Assembly: GCA_963701995.1 (NCBI GenBank)
Contig: OY969693.1
Coordinates: 901,050-965,049 of the forward strand
Length of the DNA stretch: 64,000 nucleotides
From: Methanobacteriota archaeon
Lineage (GTDB): Archaea; Halobacteriota; Bog-38; Methanoflorentales; Methanoflorentaceae
Reading direction: 5' to 3'
Shown: positions 39,731 through 49,437 of the stretch, one piece after another
Position numbering within the stretch: position 1 is the first letter of the stretch
How the letters are laid out: each line of letters opens with the position of its first letter
Notes under the pieces: generated by a model
What the model was told of the DNA's origin: nothing
The model's database searches: none
Seen by the model: the letters and a program-made list of their open reading frames with translations, nothing else
Translations under genes and position numbers: made by a program

Positions 39731-40147
39731 TTATGCGATTCTTTTTCCTGCGTTTGGCCCTGGAGCGAGGTCGTAGACTTCTGTTACCTTTAGTATCGCA
39801 CAGCCCTTTGCAGGCAGTTTTTCATTTCGGCTCTTGATCTTCTGTTTCATCATCTCGTAGTCAGGTCCTTCAGTCACATAGTTTGCTGTGCCCTTGAGTT
39901 GATAGCCTTCATAGCCCTCCCACGAAGTAAGGGCAACGTTGCAATTTGGCCTCTTCAGGTTGTCAGAAGTTTTGTGCCAAAAGTTGTCACCGACGAGAAT
40001 TGTTTCGGGGTCTTTTACGATGGTGAATTGATTGGGTACTACGTTCGGTATACCGGCGTCGCTCACCGTTGCGAATACTACAGTCTTCACAGCGTTAATG
40101 TTGTTGACTACTTTTTCTGGCAGGTTCGTCATTGAATGCACCTCCAT
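39731..40147 (-). CDS. pyridoxamine 5'-phosphate oxidase-like FMN-binding split-barrel protein
   Basis: FATVS..G.PNVVP, DNFW.KT..NL, GYQLKG.A.Y..EG, PGPNAGK. Confidence 0.88.
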   Translation of the reverse strand: MEVHSMTNLPEKVVNNINAVKTVVFATVSDAGIPNVVPNQFTIVKDPETILVGDNFWHKTSDNLKRPNCNVALTSWEGYEGYQLKGTANYVTEGPDYEMMKQKIKSRNEKLPAKGCAILKVTEVYDLAPGPNAGKRIA

Positions 40148-40425
40148 TTAGTATTCATTGGTAGAGCACTCAGCGATAATAAAAACCTTTCTCCGGCTCG
40201 GAGAGGACGAAATAGCCCTGCTGAACGTTAACCGGCAACAGACGCAGCGTTGCTAGATGCGCCGCCTGAAAGGCTAGATGCTACGGAGATCGCGGCGCGC
40301 AGACGAGGATATGCCGCTTCCGCCTGCGAAATCAAATAAAGCCGCCTATGCTAGCTGAAGAGCTCGCGCTGGGTGACTATTTGCTAGAAAAAATGCATAT
40401 TGAATCAATTACATATGCACGGCTG

Positions 40426-40896
40426 ATGTCTAGAACGTACGTGCTTGACGCTCCAGTGTTTATTTATGGCGTTCACGTCGTTGGCACTATGTACACAGTT
40501 CCTGAGGTAACCCGCGAGTTGACGAGCTCTCAAGCGACAGTAGTACTGGAAGAGTTTCTAAAGGAGGGACTGAAAATCGAAGAGCCGTTGAAAAAAGCAG
40601 TCGACGTAGTCACGGAAAAGGCTAAGTCGACGGGTGACCATCTTAGGCTGTCTCAAGCCGATATTGACTTGCTGGCGAAGGCACTTGAAGTAAGCGGTAC
40701 GCTGGTTACGGATGATTATTCCGTTCAAAATGTCGCGGCGCGCCTCGGGATTGAGACGCAGGCCATCCAGCAGGCACGCATCAAACGCGTGCTGAAATGG
40801 AGACGCAGGTGTGTCGGGTGCGGTCGGTTGTATGAAACGGAAACGATCTGTCCCGTCTGCGGATCTGAGGTGAGAGTTAAGCCGGTGAAGAGGTAA
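40426..40896 (+). CDS. nob1: Nob1 rRNA-maturation endonuclease (PIN + Zn ribbon)
   Basis: YVLDA, TGD...LS.AD..LLA.A, TDDYSVQNVA, W..RC.GCG...CPVCGS; start moved to ATG 40426. Confidence 0.92.
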   Translation: MSRTYVLDAPVFIYGVHVVGTMYTVPEVTRELTSSQATVVLEEFLKEGLKIEEPLKKAVDVVTEKAKSTGDHLRLSQADIDLLAKALEVSGTLVTDDYSVQNVAARLGIETQAIQQARIKRVLKWRRRCVGCGRLYETETICPVCGSEVRVKPVKR

Positions 40897-40923
40897 TCTT
40901 TGACAGGTGGGAGGAGTCAGAAC

Positions 40924-41517
40924 ATGAACGATTTGAACGATCTCATAAGCAAAGCGCAGGAACTACGCGAGAAAGGGTTGCGTTCCGGGGAGATAGCGGA
41001 CGAACTGAACATATCACGAGAAACTGCAACGTGGCTTCTCACCCGCTCCAAGAGCTCACAAGAGCCTGTGCCAAAGGACATCTACGTAAACTGGAGCGAG
41101 ATTGGACAAAACGCAGAGAGGCTCAGATTTGTCTCGCTTGCGTTAGTCGACATGATCCTGGAGACAGGTGATCCTGACGTGGTAATCGGCGTTGCGCTGA
41201 GTGGGCTACCTCTTGCGACGCTTGTCGCCGATGAAATCGGAGCAGAGCTCGCAGTGTTTGTTCCGCAAAAACAAAAGGGATCTGAAAATGACGGCGTTAA
41301 GGGTTCATTTAGTCAAAACTTCGCTGATATTGCGGGAAAAAGCTGCGCGATAGTCGATGATGTAATAACCACTGGAAGCACGGCGATTGAACTCATAGAA
41401 AGCATCAAAGAGATGCAAGCAACGCCGCTATCGGTAGCTGTGCTCATTAACAAGAAGGGGATTGATCAAGTCCAGAACGTTCCGATCAGGTCGCTTGTCC
41501 AAATAACCATTTTCTAA
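40924..41517 (+). CDS. gfcR: PyrE-like HTH-PRTase regulator (GfcR family)
   Basis: N-terminal HTH KA.EL..KGL..GEIADELNISRETATWLL, then PRTase motif IVDDVITTGST. Confidence 0.85.
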   Translation: MNDLNDLISKAQELREKGLRSGEIADELNISRETATWLLTRSKSSQEPVPKDIYVNWSEIGQNAERLRFVSLALVDMILETGDPDVVIGVALSGLPLATLVADEIGAELAVFVPQKQKGSENDGVKGSFSQNFADIAGKSCAIVDDVITTGSTAIELIESIKEMQATPLSVAVLINKKGIDQVQNVPIRSLVQITIF

Positions 41518-41539
41518 TCGTTGAGACTGACCGCAGGGA

Positions 41540-44452
41540 GTGCAAGTGGCAACTTCTGAACTTGATGAAATTCGAGCGATTGAGAGAAAATGGCAGGATC
41601 GTTGGTTTGGCGATAAGATATTTGAGCCAAAAAGCGCAGGGCCGAAGAAGTACTTCTTGACGACGCCGTATCCGTATACGAGCGGACCCCAGCACATAGG
41701 CCATACGCGGACCTATAACGTTGCTGATATTCACGCTCGGTTCATGCGAATGAACGGCCACAACGTGCTGTGGCCGATGGCGTGGCACATTACGGGAACA
41801 CCGATACTCGCTATTAGCTCGTGCATAGGGCGCCGCGAAAGCGCGACGATAGCGCTTTATAAGAACTACGTTCGCCTCTATGAGGATGACGAGTCGCGCG
41901 TTGACCAGATCGTCAATTCGTTTGTGGATCCTTGGAATATCGCGAACTACTTTGCAGAGAAGATCGCGCCAGATTTCAAGAAGATGGGCTTCTCAATCGA
42001 CTGGTCCCGACAGTTTACCACCGGCGACCTCGTCTACAATCAGTTTATTCGCTGGCAGTACGGCAAGCTGATGGAGCTCGGGCTGATCGTGCGCGGACAA
42101 CACCCAGTTCTCTTCTGCACGATCGATCAAAACGCCGTCGGGGAAGACGATATCGCCGGCGGCGACGTTGAGAAGATATCAATCGACGATTACGTTGGGA
42201 TCAAGTTCTCTCTGGACGAAGCGTATGTCGTCACGGCCTCGCTGCGCCCTGAAACAGTTTTTGCGGTAACAAATCTCTGGGTTGCGCCTGACGCGACGTA
42301 CGTCAAAGCCTACGTCGACGGTGAGACGTGGATCGTTTCCCACCAAAGCGCCTTAAAGTTGCGCTATCAGCAGCGGGAGGTCACTATCATAGAGGAGTTT
42401 CAGGGCACGTCACTCCTAGGGGCGCATTGCGTCAGTCCTCTGGGACGGAAAGTACCTATTCTTCCGGCGTCTTTCGTCGATTCTGATCACGGTACCGGAA
42501 TCGTCATGAGTGTCCCCGCTCACGCCCCCTATGATTGGGCAGCCCTGCACGACCTGAAGCAGCAAGGGAGCACCGGTTTGGATGTTGATCTCTCCTCGCT
42601 AAGAAGCGATATTGAAGCTATACAGCCGATATCTCTCGTCAAAATCGATGGGTACGGGGATTTTCCCGCATCAGAGCTATGCGAACGCTATGGCGTACGA
42701 TCTCAACGCGACGACAAGACGCTGAGCCATATTACCAACATACTTTACAGGGAGGAATTCTATACCGGGATTCTCAAGGAAACTGCCGAGCAATTTGATG
42801 GCCGACTAGTGCGCGACGTCAAGCAGGATGTCGTTGAGTTCCTCAATAGTCGAAATGCCGCGTCGAGCATTTATGAGACCTCAACAAAAGGGCTCTGTCG
42901 ATGCGGCGGCCGGGTGGTTGTCGCCGTAGAGCCTGGCCAGTATTTCCTCAACTATGGCGACCCTCACTGGAAGGAAAAGGCATTCGAATTGCTTGACCAG
43001 CTTGAAATTGTACCAGAGATATACCGAGCACAGTTCGTCCAGACGTTTGAGTGGCTCGATCAACGACCGTGCGTTCGGCGCAGAGGGCTTGGGACGGAAT
43101 TTCCATTCTCAACCGAGCACTGGATAATTGAGCCGCTTTCTGATTCCGTTATCTACATGGCGCTCTATACCATCATCCAGCACATACGCGAGTGTGACCC
43201 GAAGCGGCTAACGCCCGCCTTCTTTGATTACGTTTTCCTGGGCAAGGGCGACGCAACGGACATCTGCCAACAAACAGGTTTGTCAGAGACGGTGATCAGA
43301 GCCGCGCGAAACGATTTCATCTACTGGTATCCGAACGATCATCGGCACACTGCTATTGCCCACATTTCCAATCACTTGAGCTTCTTCTTGTTCCATCATG
43401 CGATACTGTTTCCGGAGACTTGCTGGCCAAAGCTTGTTACGCTCAACGAGCTTCTTGTTCGCGAAGGGGTGAAGATGTCGAAGAGCAAGGGCAACGTGAT
43501 TCCGATTGCGACAGTCCCGGAGGTCTATAGCGCGGACCTCGTGCGGCTCTGCTTAGTGTCCATTGCCGACCTGAATTCAACCGTTGACTGGAGGGAAAAA
43601 GAAGTCGAGATGGTAAAAAAGAGGCTTCTGAGGTTTTGGCACGCAACGAAGAGGGATGTTGAAGCGGCGAGGCCGGAATACAATGGGCAGCTTTCTTTTG
43701 CGAGTCGATGGATACTGGCAGCGACTAAGGCTATGGTATCAAAAACGTCTGAAGCCGCTCATCAATTCTCGTACAGAAAGTACGTCACCGAAGCATTTTT
43801 TGAACACTTAAACCGGGTTGAAGAGTACAAATCGATGATTTTGGACGGTGACGAGAAGCGTCGCACGCTCTGGGACATCATCGATATATGGCTCCGGGTG
43901 CTGGCGCCTGTTGTGCCTCACATTGCTGAGGAGCTGTGGGAGAGAATGCTGAAGTCTGGTTATATCTCCCTCGCAGAATTCCCGCTGTATGACGATCTTT
44001 ATGCCGAAACACTTGCGCAAAAGGGCTTCTTGGATGGGGTGATCAGTGATATCTCAAACATACAAGCCGCAATAAAGCGGGAAACCGAATCAGTTTTTAT
44101 CTACCTTCCGGCTCAGTGGAAATACACCCTTTACGGCGTGGCGCGCGGGCTTGATGATCCCTCGGTCAAAAACATCATGGCCCGAGTCAAAGACGACCCC
44201 CTTCTGCGCATGTATGTAAAAGAAATCGCTCATATCGCACCCGATCTTGCCAAATCGCTCGCTCACGAAGCCCCATCTTCTGACGCGCTGGACTTCAAGG
44301 CCGAATCAGAGACTCTTCTCGCCGCTAAGGACTACATGACGCGAAAATTTGGGAAGCACGTGTATGTCTGCGCAGAAAACGACAACGTGTTCGATCCAGC
44401 GAATCGCGCGAGGCGAGCGCTTCCCATGAAACCGGCAATCTACGCCGAATAG
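41540..44452 (+). CDS. leuS: leucyl-tRNA synthetase (archaeal type)
   Basis: PYPY.SG..HIGH, CP1 motif LRPET and GTGIVMSVPAHAPYD, KMSKS, C-terminal A.PMKPAIY.E. Confidence 0.96.
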   Translation: MQVATSELDEIRAIERKWQDRWFGDKIFEPKSAGPKKYFLTTPYPYTSGPQHIGHTRTYNVADIHARFMRMNGHNVLWPMAWHITGTPILAISSCIGRRESATIALYKNYVRLYEDDESRVDQIVNSFVDPWNIANYFAEKIAPDFKKMGFSIDWSRQFTTGDLVYNQFIRWQYGKLMELGLIVRGQHPVLFCTIDQNAVGEDDIAGGDVEKISIDDYVGIKFSLDEAYVVTASLRPETVFAVTNLWVAPDATYVKAYVDGETWIVSHQSALKLRYQQREVTIIEEFQGTSLLGAHCVSPLGRKVPILPASFVDSDHGTGIVMSVPAHAPYDWAALHDLKQQGSTGLDVDLSSLRSDIEAIQPISLVKIDGYGDFPASELCERYGVRSQRDDKTLSHITNILYREEFYTGILKETAEQFDGRLVRDVKQDVVEFLNSRNAASSIYETSTKGLCRCGGRVVVAVEPGQYFLNYGDPHWKEKAFELLDQLEIVPEIYRAQFVQTFEWLDQRPCVRRRGLGTEFPFSTEHWIIEPLSDSVIYMALYTIIQHIRECDPKRLTPAFFDYVFLGKGDATDICQQTGLSETVIRAARNDFIYWYPNDHRHTAIAHISNHLSFFLFHHAILFPETCWPKLVTLNELLVREGVKMSKSKGNVIPIATVPEVYSADLVRLCLVSIADLNSTVDWREKEVEMVKKRLLRFWHATKRDVEAARPEYNGQLSFASRWILAATKAMVSKTSEAAHQFSYRKYVTEAFFEHLNRVEEYKSMILDGDEKRRTLWDIIDIWLRVLAPVVPHIAEELWERMLKSGYISLAEFPLYDDLYAETLAQKGFLDGVISDISNIQAAIKRETESVFIYLPAQWKYTLYGVARGLDDPSVKNIMARVKDDPLLRMYVKEIAHIAPDLAKSLAHEAPSSDALDFKAESETLLAAKDYMTRKFGKHVYVCAENDNVFDPANRARRALPMKPAIYAE

Positions 44453-44473
44453 AGTGGCCAGAGCTGGAGCAGG

Positions 44474-44803
44474 TCAGTCCTCTTTGGCGCGTTTTACTGC
44501 TTGTTGAGCCTTTTTTGCACGCTGTTTTGCCGTGTATCCGGTTGTTTTTTCCAGAAAACAGCGGAACCGCGCGTTCGTATCGATCATTACCGCTTCGGGA
44601 ACGCTGGTACTGGGTTCGGTATCGACGAGTAACGTGTCAGCCACACGTATCGTGATCGTCTTCAGTGCCCCGTAGCTCAAGCGGTATTCTTCGTCGCGCA
44701 CGTTGATATCGATGCCAAAGCACGCTCTGAGTGCTTCGACAACCCGCTGATTGGCATCCTTCTTGAATCCTCGTTTGAACGCATATTCTTGAATTGTAGT
44801 CAC
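44474..44803 (-). CDS. DUF5611-like conserved archaeal protein
   Basis: EY.FKRG, SYGAL, T..R.FLE..TGYTAKQR.KK pattern recalled for this family. Confidence 0.7.
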   Translation of the reverse strand: MTTIQEYAFKRGFKKDANQRVVEALRACFGIDINVRDEEYRLSYGALKTITIRVADTLLVDTEPSTSVPEAVMIDTNARFRCFLEKTTGYTAKQRAKKAQQAVKRAKED

Positions 44804-44987
44804 GACCTGCGGCTGTGAGACCTATACGTTCTTTGCGGCACATTGTTTATATGCGCTCCGCAAAGGACGCGATTATCCAAGGTGCCGTTTTGAGATAAAG
44901 AGAAGAGTCGTGGAGTGGAGTGATAAAGTATTTACTTAGTAATGGGTCATTGTTTAAGAAGTGAGCAATTGTGGACGCTGATACATC

Positions 44988-45734
44988 ATGAAAGCCGGAA
45001 CTGATAACGAATACGTTAACATGATTATCGAAGAAGAGGTGAGCTCAAAGAGCCCCGTAATCCTCGCGGGATTCCCCGGAATCGGCCTCGTTGGCAACAT
45101 CGTGGCCACACAAATAGCATCAGAGCTCAAGATGAAGCAGATAGGAACTATTGAATCTCGCCTGTTTCCGCCCATTACCGTGCTCTTTGAAGGACTCACG
45201 CACGCCCCAGTCAGAATCTACGAGGATCCTCAAAACAACTTCATCGTAGTGCTATCGGACATCCTCATTCACCCAATGATTGCTTATGACATAGGCAAAG
45301 CAGTTATTGGCTGGGCGCAGAGTCTGCACGCGAAACTCAACATACCGATCGCCGGCATCGCCACGATGCGCGAAGAACGCACCGTTTATGCCGCCGCAAC
45401 TGGCGCCGAACAACTCAGTCTCGTGAAGGATAAAACCGAGACCTTGGTGACCGGAAGCATCTCGGGTATCGCCGGAAGCATAATGAATGAGAGTCATATT
45501 AACAAGCTCCCGGCGCTGTGCCTCTTGGGAGAAACCCAAGGTCCTACTCCTGATCCACGCGCAGCAGCTCGCGTCATTGACGTGGTAAGCAACGTATTGA
45601 ACGTGAACATCAGCACGCAGAAGCTGATTGAGGAAGCGGACCAGATCGAAACAGAGCTACACAAGCTTGCTGAGCAGGTTCAAGGGGCAGAACAGGCCGA
45701 AACGAAAGGACCAACTCAGGTCATGTACGGGTGA
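44988..45734 (+). CDS. PAC2-family proteasome assembly chaperone
   Basis: GFPGIGLVG.I, FPP, G.ISG..G, PDPRAAA, C-terminal MYG (HbYX motif). Confidence 0.9.
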   Translation: MKAGTDNEYVNMIIEEEVSSKSPVILAGFPGIGLVGNIVATQIASELKMKQIGTIESRLFPPITVLFEGLTHAPVRIYEDPQNNFIVVLSDILIHPMIAYDIGKAVIGWAQSLHAKLNIPIAGIATMREERTVYAAATGAEQLSLVKDKTETLVTGSISGIAGSIMNESHINKLPALCLLGETQGPTPDPRAAARVIDVVSNVLNVNISTQKLIEEADQIETELHKLAEQVQGAEQAETKGPTQVMYG

Positions 45735-45738
45735 GCAC

Positions 45739-46131
45739 ATGAGACATCTAGCTTTGACCGGTATATCAAAAGAGTCAATCGACGACCTCATTATAAAGCG
45801 CGTTAGAACTTTTGAGTTGCGCAGTGCTCATAACATCCCAATTGTTTTCGAAGCTGACATTGGCGACGAAGTGTTTGTGACGGACACGAGTCGTCACGAC
45901 GTTGCGATCGGTACGACAGGGGTTTTAGCGCGCGTGCGAACCAAAACCATTTCAATGCAAAAAGTCTCACACCGGGTGGGCGACTTCTATGAAGAACGTG
46001 AGGTTATGTCGGCCCGGGTTCAGCTCGAGCTGCGCGAACACACGTGCCGGCTGCGTGGCATCGAGGACGAAGGTCCAGGCAAGATCATCGCAGTCGAGAC
46101 CGCCGAAGTATGCCACTATGAAGGTCGATGA
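45739..46131 (+). CDS. DUF473-family protein
   Basis: ALTGIS...I.DL....RT.ELRS.HN, GD.VF.T, D..EE.E...ARVQL; start moved to ATG 45739. Confidence 0.78.
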   Translation: MRHLALTGISKESIDDLIIKRVRTFELRSAHNIPIVFEADIGDEVFVTDTSRHDVAIGTTGVLARVRTKTISMQKVSHRVGDFYEEREVMSARVQLELREHTCRLRGIEDEGPGKIIAVETAEVCHYEGR

Positions 46132-46367
46132 ACTGATCTGAGCTTAAACTGGGCTCGGCTCCTGTGCGAGTTGCGACCCGCACGAAAACGCTTTGCGATA
46201 CTTCTAGAAGGCATCCGTGTGAAGCGCAGATGCCGCTGCTTTTTTCATTGGCTGCTGCACCGCGACAGATGCTTCAGAGGCCGGAGTCTTGCTGCTGAAA
46301 GCGACCCGTCACGCAGTCGCCCTATTTAACACATTTATAAGTATGAGTTGCGAGCATGGGATAAAAG

Positions 46368-46442
46368 GGGCCCGTGGCTTAGTCTGGATATAGCGCCGGC
46401 CTTCTAAGCCGGTGGTCGAGGGTTCAAATCCCTCCGGGTCCG
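46368..46442 (+). tRNA. tRNA-Arg(TCT)
   Basis: Acceptor GGGCCCG/CGGGTCC, anticodon arm CCGGC-CT-TCT-AA-GCCGG, T-loop GTTCAAATC; TTTATAA promoter upstream. Confidence 0.97.
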
Positions 46443-46715
46443 TTTTCTTTGCGCTTTGCCGGCCTTAGAAAGCGTTTCCGAAGTTATTGGTTGGCAATCG
46501 CTCACATTGCAAGGCGAACTCGCGCCAGCCGAACCGAAATCGGACGCCGTCAGTCAGTGTTCGGTTCTCTTCTCGCGACTGGGGCTTTGGTGGCTCGAGT
46601 GTGACTTGAAAGGCGATCCCGGTGCACGCCGTGAAACACCACAAAGACTAAGTTTATCTTCGGCGAAAGCCCGCTGTAGCTATGCTCGCATGGTCGCTAC
46701 GCCAAAGGGGAAGTT

Positions 46716-48056
46716 ATGATCTTCAGCGCTGATGAAATACTCGAGACACTCGACATGATTCTCTACGAGCATCTCGACATACGGACAGTCACTGTAGGAA
46801 TCAACTTGATGGGCTGCGTGCGAGACGACCCTGAACGAATGGCCCAAGCTGTGCACGATCGGATCGTGTCTATTGCGTCTAAGCTGCGCTCAGAAGCCGA
46901 TCGAACGGTCGAGCGGTATTCGTTGCCGATAGTAAACAAGCGCATCTCGGTAACTCCTATTGGTTCCTTGATCGACGTCCATCCGCAATCTGGTCCATTG
47001 ATGGCACGCGCGATGGACGAAGCTGCGTCCGAGTTGAACGTCGACTTTATCGGTGGCTACTCGGCCCTCGTCCAGAAAGGCTTTACAATCGGGACTGAGG
47101 CACTTGTGAGCTCGATTCCGGAGGCATTGAGCACGACAGAAAAGGTGTGTGCCTCCGTGAACATCGCTACGACCAAAGCGGGCATCAACATCGAGGCCGC
47201 GCTCCGAATGGGTAGAGTTATCAAGGAGCTTGCTCGCATCGATCCGCAGCTTTGTACCCGTTTGGTTACCTTTGCAAACGCGCCACCTGATAATCCGTTT
47301 ATGGCCGGTGCCTTTCACGGTCCAGGCGAACCCGAATCGGTCGTGAACGTGGGTATATCGGGTCCTGGCGTCATTAGGGCGGTAGTGGAGAGAATGGGGG
47401 ATTGCGATCTCGGTCAGCTTGCCGAGGTTGTCAAACGTGCCGCATTCAAGATAACGCGCGTGGGGGAGTTGGTAGGTAAAGAGATAGCAGCACGAATGAA
47501 TGTTGATTTCGGAATTGTCGACCTCTCGTTAGCGCCTACCCCCCAGAAGGGGGACTCTGTCGCACAGATCATCGAAGCAATGGGGATTGAGCGGTGCGGA
47601 GCGCCTGGAACGACTGCTGCACTCGCTATGCTTACTGATGCTGTAAAGAAAGGGGGCGCGATGGCGTCTTCACGCGTAGGGGGCCTCAGTGGCGCGTTCA
47701 TACCGGTCAGCGAAGATGCTGGCATGGCTGAAGCAATCCGCGTCGGCGCCATCGGGCTTGAGAAACTTGAGGCACTGACGTCCGTATGTTCGGTTGGGCT
47801 TGACATGGTGTGCATTCCTTCTGCGACACCCGCCGAGACAATCGCGGGAATAATTGCTGATGAGTGCGCGATCGGGGTCATCAACGACAAAACGACGGGT
47901 GTGCGGCTTATTCCCGTAGGAAAGGAAGGCGACTTGATTGAGTTCGGTGGGTTGCTCGGGGCTGCGCCTGTGGTGCCAATCAAGGCATTTAGCTCCGAAA
48001 AGTTCATCAAAAGAGGCGGTTCGATTCCGGCGCCGCTTATGAGCCTCGGGAATTAA
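46716..48056 (+). CDS. DUF711/UPF0210 PFL-like family protein
   Basis: [66 protein letters not shown]. Confidence 0.9.
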   Translation: MIFSADEILETLDMILYEHLDIRTVTVGINLMGCVRDDPERMAQAVHDRIVSIASKLRSEADRTVERYSLPIVNKRISVTPIGSLIDVHPQSGPLMARAMDEAASELNVDFIGGYSALVQKGFTIGTEALVSSIPEALSTTEKVCASVNIATTKAGINIEAALRMGRVIKELARIDPQLCTRLVTFANAPPDNPFMAGAFHGPGEPESVVNVGISGPGVIRAVVERMGDCDLGQLAEVVKRAAFKITRVGELVGKEIAARMNVDFGIVDLSLAPTPQKGDSVAQIIEAMGIERCGAPGTTAALAMLTDAVKKGGAMASSRVGGLSGAFIPVSEDAGMAEAIRVGAIGLEKLEALTSVCSVGLDMVCIPSATPAETIAGIIADECAIGVINDKTTGVRLIPVGKEGDLIEFGGLLGAAPVVPIKAFSSEKFIKRGGSIPAPLMSLGN

Positions 48057-48100
48057 CGAAACCGCCCTGGCTGGCGCTTGCTCGTTGCAGAGCAGATTGA

Positions 48101-48188
48101 CGGGCCCGCTGGGATTTGAACCCAGGTTCTTGGATGTCTCCACAAAGGCTCCGAAGTCCAAGAGGATAGTCCACTACCCTACGAGCCC
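48101..48188 (-). tRNA. tRNA-Arg(TCG) with a 15-nt intron at 37/38 (48136-48150)
   Basis: Minus strand GGGCTCG...TTGGA-CT-TCG-G[AGCCTTTGTGGAGAC]A-TCCAA...GGTTCAAATCC...CGGGCCC-G; BHB central helix CTTC/GGAG. Confidence 0.9.
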
Positions 48189-48320
48189 ATAGTTATCCGA
48201 AGGAGCTTATCGGTATTGAAATTAACTCGGAAAACTACAAATAAGGGGCCCCCTTAATACTTTAGCGCATCTGGGGGGCCTGATGGCTCAAATAAGCGCG
48301 TAAGTGTTCTGCGACTTCTC

Positions 48321-49298
48321 ATGACGAACATCGAGACACAGAGAAAGCTAATAGAAATCCTACGAATTCTCGACGAAAGCGACGAGGCTATCGGAGCACG
48401 GATGATCTCCGCAAGCTTAGGTCAACGAGGATACCCGATAGGAGAACGCGCCGTGCGCCACTATTTGGTGCTGCTTGATTACAAAAGCTTCACGACTAAA
48501 ATAGGTAACGCAGGCAGAGTTATCACCGAAAAAGGCCTGAAAGAGTTGAATGAAGCGATAGTTGGAGATCGGGTCGGATTTGTCATAACCAAGATCGACG
48601 AACTGGTTTACCGGACGAGTTTCGACCTAAAGCTGAGAAATGGTGACATCATAGTCAATGTTGCGACTATCGACAAGAATGATTTCGATGTCGCAATAGA
48701 AGCGGCCGCCGAGACTATAGACAGCGGATATACTGTTAGTCCGTACGTGCGTCTTCTTGAGGAGGGGGATAAGGTTGGTGCCGTCTTCATTCCTTATGGG
48801 GCTGTAGGACTCGTGACTATGTGTAGCATGACTGTCGACGGCATATTGATCAAACACGGGATCCCGTCTAGCATCAAATACGGGGGGCTTCTCGGAATCA
48901 AAAACAGCCAGCCAATCGCCTACACTGATCTCATCTCATACGGCGGAACTTCGCTCGATCCGATTCAAATATTCACCGCACGACGTATGACCTCCATTTT
49001 GGCTGCAGCACGGACCGGACAAGGCATAGTACTCGCGAACGTTAGAACCGTGCCAGCTATCGCATCTGAAAAATCCATCGAACTGCTCCGGGACGCTAAA
49101 AAAGCAGGCATCGTCGGCTGGATCGAGAGCCCGCTTCAAGAAAGTTCGCCTGGAATCTGCGCTGAGAATGACGTTGTCGAGATCAACAATTACGCGGGAG
49201 CAAATCCAATGGCGGCACTGTATGAGCTGGAAATAGCCGTGAAGGTACATTCGATCTCAGCTCTCATGGATGTAAAGCTCCTTAATCAACGATTGTAA
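48321..49298 (+). CDS. nrpR: nitrogen repressor NrpR (NrpRI type: HTH + one NRD)
   Basis: IEILRIL...IGAR.I...L..RGY.IGERAVR.., CS.T.DG.LIK.GIP, I.Y.GTSLDP; upstream of glnA. Confidence 0.9.
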   Translation: MTNIETQRKLIEILRILDESDEAIGARMISASLGQRGYPIGERAVRHYLVLLDYKSFTTKIGNAGRVITEKGLKELNEAIVGDRVGFVITKIDELVYRTSFDLKLRNGDIIVNVATIDKNDFDVAIEAAAETIDSGYTVSPYVRLLEEGDKVGAVFIPYGAVGLVTMCSMTVDGILIKHGIPSSIKYGGLLGIKNSQPIAYTDLISYGGTSLDPIQIFTARRMTSILAAARTGQGIVLANVRTVPAIASEKSIELLRDAKKAGIVGWIESPLQESSPGICAENDVVEINNYAGANPMAALYELEIAVKVHSISALMDVKLLNQRL

Positions 49299-49369
49299 AC
49301 ACCGCTCAGTCGACCGTGCTGCGTAGTGCTGCGATCCGCATTCCCCCGCAGGGTGGCGTGTTGGAAATG

Positions 49370-49408
49370 TTTATATTTCATTACCGCCTAAAGCGGAACG
49401 TAATTTCC
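49370..49408 (+). promoter_or_regulatory. glnA promoter: TATA box (TTTATAT 49370-49376) and NrpR operator GGAA-N6-TTCC (49395-49408)
   Basis: GGAACGTAATTTCC matches the known NrpR operator exactly and lies over the expected TSS. Confidence 0.88.
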
Positions 49409-49437
49409 TACCAAGAATTACGAACAGGAGATTTTCC

